A stretch of 64,000 nucleotides of DNA. It comes from Mustelus asterias. Lineage: Eukaryota. Under the pieces are notes generated by a model. The model was not told the origin of the DNA and did no database searches. It was given only the letters and a program-made list of their open reading frames with translations. This document shows, piece after piece, positions 37,011 through 51,600 of this stretch; position 1 is the first letter of the stretch, and each line of letters starts with the position of its first letter. Both the position numbers and the translations under genes were made by a program. Location: the NCBI RefSeq assembly GCF_964213995.1, contig NC_135804.1, positions 33,666,001 through 33,730,000 on the forward strand, given 5' to 3'.

Positions 37011-40000
37011 TCATTATTCCTAAAAGAAATACTGTTCAGTATGAGTTTGAATATGTTTATTGACCTTATTTCAATGTTATGTTGCTGCTATTCATGTTTT
37101 TGAGTCTACAGCTATTTAATGCACAATTTTTTTTTGCAGCTCTGCACATTCATTAACAACATGGTTTGTATTATACAGTGGACAACTGGAAAGCATGAAA
37201 CTACTGGTGAGTTACTAGCAACATCGTATAGCTACTGATCTTGTGTGAGTAAAGTCTCTGAATTTTGCAAGTCCTTTGTCTTTTATGATGGAGCACAGTT
37301 TTATGAACTTTATGGGATTGAGGGTAATGCAGATAGGATAGAAATCAATGTATTAGGAAATATGGTTAAATATTTCGTAATAAATATGGTTAATGAACAG
37401 AAAATAAAAAGGATTAACGGGGCATTTTCAAGTCTGAGTTGTAAATGGTGGGGTGCCGCAAGGATCAGTGCAGAGCCCATGGCTATTGGGTTTAGACAGA
37501 GGAACCAAAAGTAATATATTCAAATTTGCTGCTGATGTGAAGCTAGGAGGGGGCAGTAGGGTGTGAAAAGGGATATGGACAGGATCAGTGAGTGGATGGT
37601 GAGGTGCCAGGATAGGGTATAATGTGGGGAAATATGAGGTTATCACGTTGGCAAGAACAGAAATGCAGAATATTTTTTAATGGTGAGAAACTTTTAAATG
37701 TTCAGCGATTTGACCTTATTCAATGCAGCATGCAGAAGGGTGTTCCAGGTGCAATGCTAGGTAAATAATATAAAAAGTTAATGAAGCTGTTCTGGCGTTG
37801 GCATGTTAAATAACAAACCAAGATTCTGAACCAACAACCAACAAATGAGACTACTGCTTTGCGACAAGAGGTACTGGACAATCAGGAAACTAATAGGAGA
37901 GGAAGGTTCCTTAAATACCTACATCCTCAAATGTAATGGCGACTAAGCTGAAGTGTTAAGTCAAAAATAGGATGAGACTCCAACATTATCAATACCAGTG
38001 TTCATCAAATTTGGTTCACTGTAAAGCACTAAAATGGCTGAATGCATTGAACACAGAAAAGGATTTGATACTTGATAACATCTTAGAAGTAGTGCTGACA
38101 TTCTTCCATCTCAGCCAAGCTATTTCAGTACATATAAGGCACTGTTTTTGTGCTGAATATACATATACAGTAACCCAACATTGTGGAAGATTATGGAATG
38201 TCCACACAAAAACAGCACAAGTCTAATTTCTATCCTATTACCACTTTCCCAATGATCAAGTGATGAAGGGAGTAAGCAATATGTCATCAAGTAGCCCACA
38301 CTAAGCAATAACATGCTCTTTCGCCCTCTTTGCAAGTTCTGCCAAAACCTTTGGCTCAGCAGCTCACTGCAATCTTGATTCAGACATGTATGCCAGACAG
38401 ACATGTCGAGAAGTGAAAGTAACTCCTCAATGGCAAGTTGCTCTTGAATTGTTAGAATCCATGTGATGAAGGTACTCCTACCATGATATCGGGTAGGGAA
38501 TTGAAGGATTTTGATGTGTATGCACATCAGGATGGTATGTTACTTGGAAGGGAATATGATGGTGTTCTCATGCATGTTGCCTTTGCCCTTCTAGGTGATG
38601 GAAACTTGAGGGTTTGGAAGGTCCTATTGAAATTAAGCCTCTGCTTCATCTGTGATTGCTGATGAGCTGAAGCCACAGTAAGATTGTTGCACTTTGTCTT
38701 CGTTATTTCTGGGAGAAGGAAAATATCCTGCCGATACTGACTGTCCACCTTGGTAATTATGGGATGAGCTACGGGACAGCTTGAGCATAAATCAATCTCA
38801 ATGAGTCTTGGGGCAGGGTAGAGAGAGAGAGAAGAAAATATGGTTTCAAAATGGCTGCTTTAGTTCATTCCAGTATGGCTGTCCTGCATATTTACTTCCC
38901 CACATTTCATTTAAATGAATAAATTTATATTTAATTTATTTTAGAATTAATTTCTTTAAATAACTGAATTACTGAACTTGAACAAAATTAATTCAACTTT
39001 TTATCGTGTGATTCATCTAAATTGATGAATTCAAAAATCACAATGAAAAGTAGTGTATATTTCTCATCATTGCCATTTTTGGTTAGCCAAATTGATGATT
39101 TTGAGAGCTGGAATACCATTGCACTGTCTGGGATGCATATTTGTGTGTCTTCCCACTCGGACTGAATTCCCATTCTATTTTGGTGCTTGGGGTTGTACTG
39201 GACAAAACTGTTGCCACAGAGATGGAGGGAACAAACTAAAGGAAACTTGTTCTCCTGGGAAAACTGAAATGAATTGAAGAGAACTGAGAAAGAGGACACA
39301 TTAACCTCCAATCCTCTAATTTAAAACAATTTCTAATGTTCATGTCTAATCATTGAGTGCATATGTCTTCTAAGTTTAAAATAATAAATGCTGTAGTAAT
39401 TTAACAAAGCTTAACTGGTAAACTTGCTTATTCTGAAGATTACTTAAATCAGTATTTATTTTTTAAATTATTGTACCATGTCAATTACTTCAGATGTCAA
39501 AACCAGCAGATAATATTGCATTAAAGATCTGACCTAAAGTTGAAATTACCTCTGTTCCTCTTACATTTTAATAAAGATGGATCTTCCATTCAGGGGAAGA
39601 AAGAGTAATGTAAAGATAGAATGTTTTACAACCAGTTAAGTGCTTCTGAAACCTAATTACTGCAGTAATGTAGGAAAAACAGCAATCAAATTGTGCATTG
39701 CAAAGTCCTGCAAACAGCAATGAAATAAATGATCAGATTCTGTTCTGGGTATTGGTTGAGGGATACTTGCTAGCTACAAAATCACTGTTCAAATCTTTTT
39801 TCCTGGCAACACCCACCTTGTCTTTCAATGTATTTTTGCAGTTAGGTCATATAAATTCATTAAATACCACAGTTTAAAGATCAATAGACAAGTGCAAATA
39901 AGTAAATTATGAATGTCATATTTATATGTTCTACTTTTGTTTTCTTCAGCTCATTCTTTTAATTCCTAAATAAAATTATTTTAAAATCCAATGTACAATT

Positions 40001-42339
40001 TCATATTTTTCAATCAACAAGGAAAACCCACAATTCAAACCTGAAAAAGGCCATTTGACATATTCAACCTTTTGACATCTTCTATCCCTCAAAATGGGAA
40101 GTGGTATTGGTTACCAACTTGACTGCATTTAAACTGTGGTTTAGATTCATTGCACGAGCAGCAACCCAGTATAAACCAGACATCCTTGAATATTTGTCAA
40201 TTCACACTCTTTTTGCCTGCAGGCCTTTTCATATCAAGGGAAATCAATGTGAGACTGAAATACCTGGCATTGAGTGGAAGGCTTGGGCACCTAAAGAGCA
40301 GTCCTGCTATTTAGAGCCCATTCATGTTTCTTGCTATTGGCACTTTGTCTCCATAGGCAGAAGCAAAACTAGCAAGGCCAAAATACTACAGATTCTGAAA
40401 TGTTGGAAAAGCTAAGTGGGTCAGGTAGCATCTGTGGAGAGAACAGTTAAAGTTTTAGGTTGATATTTAATCAGAACTGAAGGATAGAGACTTGAGAATT
40501 TAAGTGGAAGGAGGAGGGGCAGGAAGAACAAAGTGTAATAAAGTGAAGGCCAGAGATTAAAAGATTTCATGATGCAACAACCAAAAAGTGATAATGGATT
40601 TTGTTTAAAAAACAAAAGTATACATATGGGGCATGAATGGCTACATAAAAATCAATGCAATATGAAGAGAAACAAGACCAGACTAACCTAGCGTAGCAGA
40701 AAAAAAAAGGAGGCAGAAGTTGGTTACTAAAATTGTTGAGCCCAGAAGGCTGGAGAATGCTGAGTCAAGATATGGTGAACAGCATCCATGTAAAAATTAA
40801 TAGAACAAAGCACATTGAAAGACAACAGCAACCATACCATTTCTAAATTTTAGGGTTTGAGTGCAAAGGTTTCTCCAAGAATTAGAATGATTCAAGTGAC
40901 ATATGCCTTATGTTGTAAAAACAAATAGAGAAGCTGATATTGCCATTGTTTATATTACCAAAAATCCTCAATTGTTTCATTTAGAATTTTCCAAGTACAA
41001 AATCAGTAGCTGCTTCACTTGTAACATTCTGAACTGTTCCCATGCCATATGCAGCGAAATCTGATGGCAGTGACGTCAGGATATTATTTTCTATTAAGAA
41101 TAAGATGGACCTTTCAAAGATTGAATTTTTTTTGTTGAAAATAGCTTATAGCTTTGACTGATTCAAAGTATGTACCGTTTTATGGTTGACCATATATTGA
41201 GCTGCTTTGCTCTACTGATAATTGCAGAGGACATCTAACTTTTCCCGCTACTTATAATACAAGTTTCCTTGGCTTGTAAATGGGAATAATAACCGTTATT
41301 GGATACTGCACTTTTGTAAGCATTTCAAATTAAGTGGTTATGGTAATGAGTTATATTTCATATTTCACGTTTATCATTTAAACATATTGCAAAGGTTGAC
41401 TTAATGTATTGTGGCAGTGGGATTGGATGGTCGTCAGGTTGTGTTTTTGGATCTATAATAAAATATAGATTGCTGGTAGGTATGTTCAGTTTACCTGCTA
41501 GTGCTATATACTGTACCTCCTGCACAAACCAGCTGAGATTATGTATGTTTCAGCTCATGAAAAGCTTCAATTTTCTTCCAGTCTACATTTAACAGATAAA
41601 TTTGAGGGGGAAATAACGGGTGGTGAAAATACAGAGTATAAAAGCAAATTATAATTGTGTAGACTCTTAACTCCCCTTAGCCTTCTCGACCGACCCCACC
41701 ACCGCGTTCACATCTTTACAGGATCACAGAATTATGTTTGTGTGTATCCATAAGTACCATGTTCAGTGTTTGTTTTTCAACCTCCAAGTATTGCAACTCA
41801 AATGGGGGTCAGTTAGCTGGATGGCTGGTTCATGATACGGAGCAATTCTAACAGCGTGGGTTCAATTACTGGTATTCATGAAGACCAGCCATCTCAATCT
41901 AGCCCCTCGCCTGAGTTATGGTGACCCTCAGGTTAAATCACCACCAGTCAGCGCTGTCTCAAAGGGGAGAGCAGTCTATGATCCTCAGACTATGGTGACA
42001 TTTAGATTTGATCTGAATTCCACCCGATTCCCTGAAATATTTTCATATCACAACTACTAGATGCAGCAACTAACAAGTGAAAATATAACCTACTTATCAA
42101 AAATAGACAACACGGAGAAATGTGAAAACCCAAAGATGGAACATAAGCCACCGCTGGAGACTTGACATCTTTCAACTTTTTCAAAAGCTACAAAGGAAAG
42201 GTGGAATCTGACGAGCTGTATTCAGAATTGCAGGGCAAGGGATAAGTATTTAGTAGTTTAGAGTGTGATGAAACCCTTAAAAAAAGTCCAGTTCAGTTAT
42301 AAATTCTATTGTACAGGAGGGTAATCTATCCTCAGTATT

Positions 42340-42345
42340 TTTATT
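42340..42345 (-). terminator. Probable CCNE1 polyadenylation signal AATAAA
   Basis: The mRNA-sense context is TTTAAATAAAAATACTG, about 350 nt after the stop codon. Confidence 0.6.
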
Positions 42346-42426
42346 TAAAATAAACAGGTTTAAATAAACAATTCCATAAATCAATACTTTGACCTTACTG
42401 TTCACTTTTCCAAGAGTCACCCTCCT

Positions 42427-42434
42427 TAGCAGCA
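42427..42434 (-). promoter_or_regulatory. miR-15/16 8mer seed match (UGCUGCUA) in the CCNE1 3' UTR
   Basis: Plus strand reads TAGCAGCA, between the stop codon (42697) and the polyA signal (42345). CCNE1 is an established miR-15/16 target. Confidence 0.75.
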
Positions 42435-42696
42435 TTTAGGATTACTTGGAAAGCACCCCTTATTTGGTTGGAGTTCTTGGCAAAAGTCCACCAGTTTTAA
42501 AAGGGTCAATATTAAAAACAAGGTTATACAGGAGAAAGTTCTGACATCCAGAATTAAGTGACACTGGCACTTTTGGAATGCAATTACAATAGTCTGTATT
42601 CAAGGGTAGGTCATGTGAATCAAATCCAACTTCTGTTCATTTAAGACAGTCACATTCAGACTTTGAGAGAAATTCACCCATAATCCCATCCAAGTT

Positions 42697-45600
42697 TCAG
42701 GCTTGCAGGTGCTGTTCATAAGGACCCACACCAGAATTGTGTTTCTTACTGCTTTGTGGTGGGGTTAAAATTCCAGAAGGTACAGGTGAACATCTATTTT
42801 GTTCCAATAGTGCTTGCTTCATGTGAGCTTTATCCTGTAATGGATTAAAAATGAAACAAAACTAGTCCATTCATGTAACCAAAGCAAGTAAACAATGAAT
42901 TCAAGCCTAGAGTATTTCCTGTTGATGAGGAAGACATCCTTCCTTTGTGGATCTACTCTCCATGTTGAAATGTTAGAGGAGAATAACTTTCATGTCTGCA
43001 TGAACAGCATTTGTCATGAAAGTTAACTGCTTGAAAATCATACAGCACAAAACACTTATCCCTACAATGGTGACTATATACTTTGGTCCTAAAGACAATT
43101 TGCTCATGGTCTCAAACAACAACCAGCCAAATCAGTTAATGGTATCGATCTAGCCAGGATACAAGAATCCCCTTCTGTTCACAGGGGGGGGGGGGGGGGG
43201 GGGTGACCTTAAGCCACTGATCCCATATTCGTCACCTCTGACAGTGCAGCACCCAGTACTGCAACTAGGGTCAGTAAAACTAGAAACCAGAATCTTCTGA
43301 CTCAGACATGAGGATGCCACCAGAATCAAAGTTAAGACTAGGAGTCTTGGGTGGCCCAGTTACAACTTTTTGGTTGAGAATTAAATTGAAATGCTTAATC
43401 TGCCATGACCAGAATATAAAGATTGACAGTGAGAAGCAATACTATCAGCTTAATGCATGAAAGAGGAATTCAATTGCAGCAATATCTACTAAAGAAAATA
43501 GGTGACAACTAGTTTAACCATCTGTATCCACAGAAAATGAATCTTACCAGTAATGATAAGCTGTTAGAGTGCATCTGTATATTGTGCAAGTCCTCTGGAC
43601 AGACACCTTTCAAATGCTTGGGTTTTATACTTCCCGCTTCTTTCAAGGTCATAGCAAATGGAACCATCCATTTCACACATCCTTCTAATTCACTCCATTC
43701 AAATCCTATGCATTAAACAAGGTTGTTAATTTCAGTAATAGTTTTATTAAATGAGCATTTTATTTAAAAATTACTCTACCTGAGACTTTGTGAACTAATT
43801 CAGAAGAAGAAAAGTGATACAAAGCTGAAGCTGCTGTAACTCCATACGTGAACTCCAAACACTTGAGATCCAAGATACAGAGATCCAATAGCTGTAGATA
43901 GGAATAGTTTACCATTAACATTAGCTTATAATTCAACTTAAAGCAGAATAGGTTGGTTGTTGTAAAGTGAATCAAATATATAGTCTGCAGAACAGTATAA
44001 ACTATCCTGTGCTCAGGCTTGCTGAAGTTGCATTGGATTGGGCTGGACAATGTACAAAAGGCTAGGGAAAGAAAAATTGCACTTTAACGAAGGGTCATCC
44101 AGACTCAATGTTAGCTCTGTTCTCTCGCCACAGATGCCATCACCTGCTGAGACTTTCCAGCATGTTTTGTTTTTGTGAAATAAATTAGGCATGGACTTAT
44201 GGGCATTGAGCCCAGCATTTCCTACAGAGCCTGCAATAGTGTGGAGTGGGGGGTTACTTTAAGCACTGAGCCAAGGGTTTTTTAAATATCAATGACTAGG
44301 TATTAAGTATTTTTCCTTTCTCCAGTACTGGTGCACGCCATACCATTTCTTGACTAACCTTTCCCACCACCGATTTCAACAATACACTAACAGACTCCTC
44401 TTTCTCCTTGAAAAAATGCCTGATTTGACTCTGGTTTGAACAGTACAGCAACAGGAGAATTGGGAATTTCATGCAATTGTGGAGATGTTGATTTTTGCAT
44501 TTAGCACTGTGTTCATGCAAGCTTGAAGCAGCAAGTTCACAAAAATTCCATCTTGGTTTTTTGTTACAAATTAGTATATAGAAGAATGAATATACAAAAA
44601 TCCAGAGTAAGGTACAGGGAAAAGCTTGTTTCTGCCCTGCAGTACAGTAAGTGGGAGTTAATGGACACAGACTGCCTCGAGCAGATGAAAAGGTCACCAA
44701 CCCAAAATGTCAGACCTGCTGAATTTTTCCAGCTTTTGTTCATCTTCAGTAGATCAGTTTTGAATTTCTGGCTCAGCCACCGAGCTGAAGTGCAAATTGG
44801 AGATGTTCTGACAGGAAGGGGACTAGTCTGGATCATATTTCAGAAGGATGTAAGTTTCTAACAAATAGTGTGGCAGAGGGAGAGAGCACATGGATCTTCA
44901 AATTGATAATGTGCTTGTTGTCTGCAAGGCTTAAACTGGAGACAGCCAGAATGCAGACCTTGACACTTGTCTGGTGAAGAGGTTGGAAGAAGCATAATCT
45001 GGAGTTGCAGGGGATTCAATAATTAGGGGACCAATAGTATCCTTTACAAGCAGGATCTAGAGTTCCGTGTATTGCCGACTTGGTGCCAGGGAAATGGATA
45101 CCTTGAACTAGCTTATGTCATAGTGGGAAGAGACAAAAGGTCTTGTTTGGAGTGTAGTTAATAGAACCTGGAGGGTTATAATCTCTGGATTGCCAATTTG
45201 TATTGGTATAGGCATAAGAAAATTAGGGAGAAGATAGTTTGTATTCCGTGGAAGGAACAGGGATGTTATGAAGACTAAATTAGTAAATGGTGGTAGGAGA
45301 CTCAGGTGGAAGAGAGGTATATTCTCTTCCCTTTAGTATACGTTTTGCTTTGAGGTGAAGGAAAATCTAAAGATATAGTAAAATTAAACTAGGAGAAAAA
45401 TGTAACCAAAGGATCGGAACAGAAGAGCAGGTTATGGTGTGTACTCCAACTAACTGAGTACAAGAACAAATTGAATTGCTGTTTCAAATTTGGCTTGGAG
45501 GGCATGACATGGTAGCAAGATAGCCAGGACACAAGTTGACAGGGAAATATGCAAAATGACATGGAGGTGAAGTATGAGGTGATTAATGCCGAAATTGCTT

Positions 45601-48600
45601 CAAACCAAATTGTAAACACACACTGAAGGCTGGTATAACAATTTAAAGAATAGTTGTAGACCTAGAAATAAGAGTAGGCCCTTCAAGCCTGCTCTGCCAT
45701 TCATTTTGATCATGGCTAGTCATCAAATTCAATATCTGGATGCTCCACTGATCCCTTTAGCCCCAAGAGCTATATGTGGTAGTGAATTCCACAGATTTAT
45801 CATTCCCTGGGTGAAGAAATTTCTTCTCACCCCAGTCCTAAAAGTTTTATCCATTACCATCAAACTATGATCCCTAGTTCTGGAGTCCCCCACCATCAGG
45901 AACATTCTTTCTGAATCTATCCTGTTAGAATTTTAAGCTTCTATTAGATTCTCAAGTCAATCCTAACCAACTTAGTCTCCCCTCATAACAGGCCTGCCAT
46001 CACAGTACTCCTCTATAGCAAGGACATCCTTCCTTAGATAAGGACATCAAAACTGCAAACAATACTCCAGCTGTGGCCTCACCAACACCCTACTTGCAGT
46101 AAAACATCTCTATGCTTATACTCAAATCCCCTCTATGAAGGCCAACGTACCATTTGTCTTTAGTGTCTGTTGTACCTGCACGCTTGCTTTAACCAATGGC
46201 TGAGGATACCAAGGTCTGAGTATCCACCCGTTTACATCCATTCAAGTAGTAATCTATCTTCCTATTATTGCTAGCAAAGTGGATAACCTCACATTTAGCC
46301 TCCGCCATGCATATGCCCACTCACTCAACCTGTCCAAATCTCACAAACATCTGTATCCTCCTCACCCTCCCACCCCTGCACCATCTGCAAATTGAGACAA
46401 TACATTTAGTTCCCTCTTCCAAATCATTAATCATGAGATCCCTGTGGTATCCCACCAGTCATTGCTTGTCAATGTGACAAGACAATATTCACAACTAATA
46501 TCTGTTGCAGGTGAACAGGCACGATCACTGGGAGGTGGTCAAATAATTTAATGTGATATAGAACCAGTTTATACCCAAAGGGGGCAAGGACTCTCCTTGC
46601 CAAAACAGCCACAATCAAGGAGGCAAGGCTGAAGGGTTCTAAATGACATTCCTATCCTAAAAAACCCACGACACTGGGGTATGGTGACTTGTGCGCTGTC
46701 CCCAGCATACCCTCTCATCTTCTACTCTTGTTCTACATTCTGCACCCTCTTCATTCCTTCTTCCCTACGTACTGAGTGATATACTTTGTCTGCATAGTGT
46801 GTAACAGTAATTTTCACTATGCCAATACATGTGACAGTAATAAATCAATTGTTTGACAGCACAGCAAAAACCCAAATTTCTTGTAATTACCTGCTACATC
46901 ACAAGCTCATAAGGAAATAAAGTTTAAAATTCTACTATGATCTTGGTAAGTACCACCAAGGACCAAAACCAAATTGAGAAATGTACATTGTCAAGTAGCC
47001 AAATCAATAATAAAATATCTGAAATTTACCTCCATTACTTGAACAAACATTTCTTGAGGATACTGTGGTATCAATATTTCATAGTTTTCCTGCAAATATG
47101 CAACTTGCATGTAGATGTTAAGCCAAGACACAACGGTTATTGGGCACAAACTCCATTTCAGAGCCTAGAACAATTTGAACACAACAGATCAACTATCTTG
47201 ATAAGAGACCCCCAATTAATCTGCATTGTCTGCAAAATATTTTAATACCAATCAGATGAGGTCACTTGATCTGCTTTGTACTTAAGACCTTTGAATGGAA
47301 GCCTCATTCTGCTTCATTTTAATTCAATCTATAAAGAATTCAAAGTAAAAGCGGTCAGAACTTACAACATGGCCCATTATGAAATACCTTCAGGACAACG
47401 AGTTCCATGTTCAGGATTTCTTCTTCTGTGCAAGCTCCATCAGTCACATAAGCAAACTGGTGCAGCTTTGGTGGGTAGATTTCCTGCAAAAAAGCCATTA
47501 TTAATTGTGCTGCAACTGCATGGAAGAGAATTCAGGCACCTAGAATATAATTGTCCACCTACCTCTAGTTTTGCAGCAATAAATAAAGCTGAAATACCAA
47601 TAAGCTGCAATCGTGTCTTCACAACATTTTGCTGTGTTGCCATAAACCTATCAAAGTAGTCCTGGGCTAAATAAAATGTTTCTCTGTGTAGCTTGTAGAC
47701 CTCGCAAACCTTTAATAGGAAAATAGTTAATTTCAGTAGGTGACAGAACATTCAGTTTGGCTAAAATAATGTGTCCTTTAACCTTTTGAATTTATAGAAG
47801 CATTCTGACAGAACTAAACCAGAATTGATATTTCTAAAGCCACAATAATACAATGCTTGACAGGTATAGTCTTAACTAGAGCCCTCCACAAAATCTATTG
47901 TTCCCATTATGAAGCAGCATTCAATAGAACTGCAAGAAAGATAGAGGCTCTCTTGATTCAAACACCCAAAGTACTGCACTATAACAAGCATTACAGCGCT
48001 AGATAATAAAGGTTTTCACCAGTTACATATCTACACTTTAAAGAGGCAAAAGTAATATGAAAGGGGATAAGAACAGGATCACACCACTCACTATCTGGCT
48101 GTTTTGGGATATCCTATAAGTACTTGAGGTGCAGTCAGCCAATGTTGTAAGATAGGGAATGTGGTGACCAGGTAATCTGTTTTATATCTGGTTGATACAA
48201 AGATGGATCACAAAACCATTCCTGTGAACAGTTCCATGGCATCATTCCCACCCAACGTACTGCACCGAAGAGTCATCGTAGATTACACACTCACATCCTG
48301 AGTGGACTTGAACCCACAACTTTACTCAGGAAAATTTCTCTACCCCTTATTTAATGGTAGCAAAGTAGTTAATAGCCTATTAATGTTCCTATTGTCCAGC
48401 AGCTATTCTTGGATTATTTGCTTGCACCACCGTCCTGAAAAATATTCTTTCACTGGATCAAAATGTTAACTGATGCCATCACAAGCAATTCAGGCTGGTG
48501 ATCCAGCTAATTTCAGGGCAACTAGAGAACAATAAATGACTTGTTCATGACCCTTGCTGTTTGTCATTTTCATAAATGACCTGGATGAGGAAGTGGAGGG

Positions 48601-51600
48601 ATGGGTTGGTAAGTTTGCTGACGACACCAAGGTAGGTGGTGTTGTGGATAGTTTGGAGGGATGTCAGAAGTTGCAGCGAGACATAGATAGAATGCAAGAC
48701 TGGGCGGAGAAGTGGCAGATGGACTTCAACCCGGATAAGTGTGTGGTGATCCATTTTGGCAGATCCAATGGGATGAAGCAGCAGTATAATATGAAGGGTA
48801 CCATTCTTAGCAGTGTAGAGGATCAGAAGGACCTTGGGGTCCGGGTCCATAGGACTCTTAAATCGGCCTTGCAGGTGGAGGATGCGGTCAAGAAGGCGTA
48901 CGGCGTACAGGCCTTCATTAATCGAGGGATTGAGTTTAGGAGTCGGGAGATAATGCTGCAGCTTTATAGGACCCTGGTTAGACCCCACTTGGAGTACTGC
49001 GCGCTGTTCTGGTCACCTCATTACAGGAAAGATGTTGAAGCCATTGAAAGGGTGCAGAGGAGATTTACAAGGATGTTGCCTGGATTGGGGGGCATGCCTT
49101 ATGAGGATAGGTTGAGGGAGCTTGGTCTCTTCTCCCTGGAGAGACGAAGGATGAGAGGTGACCTGATAGAGGTTTACAAGATGTTGAGAGGTCTGGATAG
49201 GGTAGACTCTCAGAGGCTATTTCCAAGGGCTGAAATGGTTGCTACGAGAGGACACAGGTTTAAGGTGCTGGGGGGTAGGTACAGAGGAGATGTCAGGGGT
49301 AAGTTTTTCACTCAGAGGGTGGTGGGTGAGTGGAATCGGCTGACGTCGGTGGTGGTGGAGGCAAACTCGTTGGGGTCTTTTAAGAGACTTCTGGATGAGT
49401 ACATGGGATTTAATGGGATTGAGGGCTATAGATAGGCCTAGAGGTGGGGATGTGATCGGCGCAACTTGTGGGCCGAAGGGCCTGTTTGTGCTGTGGCTTT
49501 CTATGTTCTATGTTCTATATCCCAATAAATCACATTTGAATTGGAGTACCTTTCAGGCAAAATGTATTTCAAATATTAATTTAATAAAAAAAGCCACAGA
49601 GTAAAGATTGAATTAATGAATGAGTCCTTACCTCCATTAACCAGTCTAGAAGAATAGTCCTCATCTTGGGATGCAAGAGTGGATGTTTTTGCAAAACATC
49701 TTTGTCCTTTAAATACAACTGTTCCTTCTTCAGAAGTATATTCCATACATCATCACTATTTCCCCAGCTGTTAGTATTTAAGAAAGAAATCACCACGATT
49801 GACCAATACAAAGCTTCCATTTTACTTAACAGCTGCATACACATATTTGATAAACACCCAAGACAGTAAAGTATAGTGTGGGTAAATGCACTTACCAGAG
49901 TACTGGCAATGGTGAAGCTCTAGTTGGAGTGACCAAGACAATTTTGAACATGTGCTGCACATAACTAGAATATGTTGTACCTATATCATCTGGATTTTTG
50001 TGCAATGTTGTATTGTGTCTGTATGAACTTGTACAGTTGGTTACAGTATTCCAGCAAGCCTGCAATTAGTCAATGGTGCACAAATTAGAAAAAAGAACCA
50101 CAACATTTTCAATTCTCAGACTAGGTTTGAATTCCACTTAAATGTTGGCACAATCAGATCCGTCCCAATTATAAAGTTTCAGTTGAATTGGCCAATCATA
50201 GAAAAGAAGCCACTTGGCCCATTGTGTCCCCGCCAGCCAAAAAAGCAAGCCAGTCAGCCTAATCCCATTTTTCAGCATCTGATCCATAGCCCTCCCAGCT
50301 CCACCAATGGAGATGCATATCCAAATGCCTTTTAAACTAGATGAGAGTTTTTGCCTCTACTATGCAAGGAAGGTTATTGATGGCTTAACCCTAACCTAAA
50401 TCAAAACAGGACCTTGTATTAGCAGATACATTGAACATCTAAATCATATACACATTTCCTCAACAGGACCTTTGTATCTATAATCAGAACAACACCTCAA
50501 AAGACAATGCAGAATTTTAGAATACTTTAGAAGCATCATGGCCAGTCTCATGCCATTAATTAGATGTATACAGGATTAATGGCATGACGTATAGGGGACT
50601 CTGGATTAACTGCAGTAACAGAACTAGTATAGCAGTTTCACTGCCAGCCATTAGTATAGTCCCAGTAATAGCAGCTTGAATCTGACATTCAATTGCTTTT
50701 AAAGCCTTCAGGACCAGAAAAGTCCCAAAACTGATGCCAGGTTTCTGATTGTGACTTCACATTCAGAATATGTTGACAGGATCAGATTTGGATGTAATGC
50801 CCCTGCAGTCAAATAACAGTTCTCAACTCTGGCATTTGGGTGAGTTACTTTTCATAGTATTGCAGACAATGTTTCAAGATTAACATTCCATGCCACCATC
50901 CCATCGTTGATGCCTTTTACCTAGGTTCATAACATGAAGAATCACTACTCAAGGATGGCAGGCAATGTTGGAACATGCCTTTAGTTAGAAGATAAAATTG
51001 GGGATGGAGATCAGGCTAAAGTGAAAACAATGGTTAAAAAGAAACAGCAAGAAGTCTGCAAAGTTACTCTGCTCAACTAGATAAAATGCTACTTGAAGGG
51101 TACTAGTAGAGAACAACAGCAACTCAGTCAAATGGTTAGCTATTCTGGTCACTTTAGCATGATACCAGTGACAGTTCATTGGATGACAGTATGAGTTGAA
51201 GGACAAGTTAAAATTTGCCAGATACAAAATGCACAGAACATGAGGGAAAGTAAAATTAAAACTAATTTATACCTTGATTGCCTGTGTTTGGTGTGAACAA
51301 TATAGTTACACATGGTAAATTAAGCCAGTATGCACTTTGCTGCCATGTTGCCCGAAGTGCAAAGTCTTGGTGAAAGTTCCATTTGCCAGGCTCCACAATA
51401 GACATTTGGACCCATGGTGGGCAACTAAGTGATCCACAAAAACCAATACCACATTCTCCAGGATCAAGGCCCAGATGTACGCAGGAATAAGTAAATTGTG
51501 TTCAGAACTGAAATCCAGTTAATGGCAGCAGCAGCATGGCAAATCATAACCAACTCAAAAACGTTGATTTGATAGCAAACTGTTCTATACATTGTGAAAA

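Noticed and set aside
50548-50587. 13-bp inverted repeat as a miRNA or terminator hairpin (also 19842-19913)
   Set aside because: Stem too short for a pre-miRNA and there is no other support; probably a local template-switch scar or chance.
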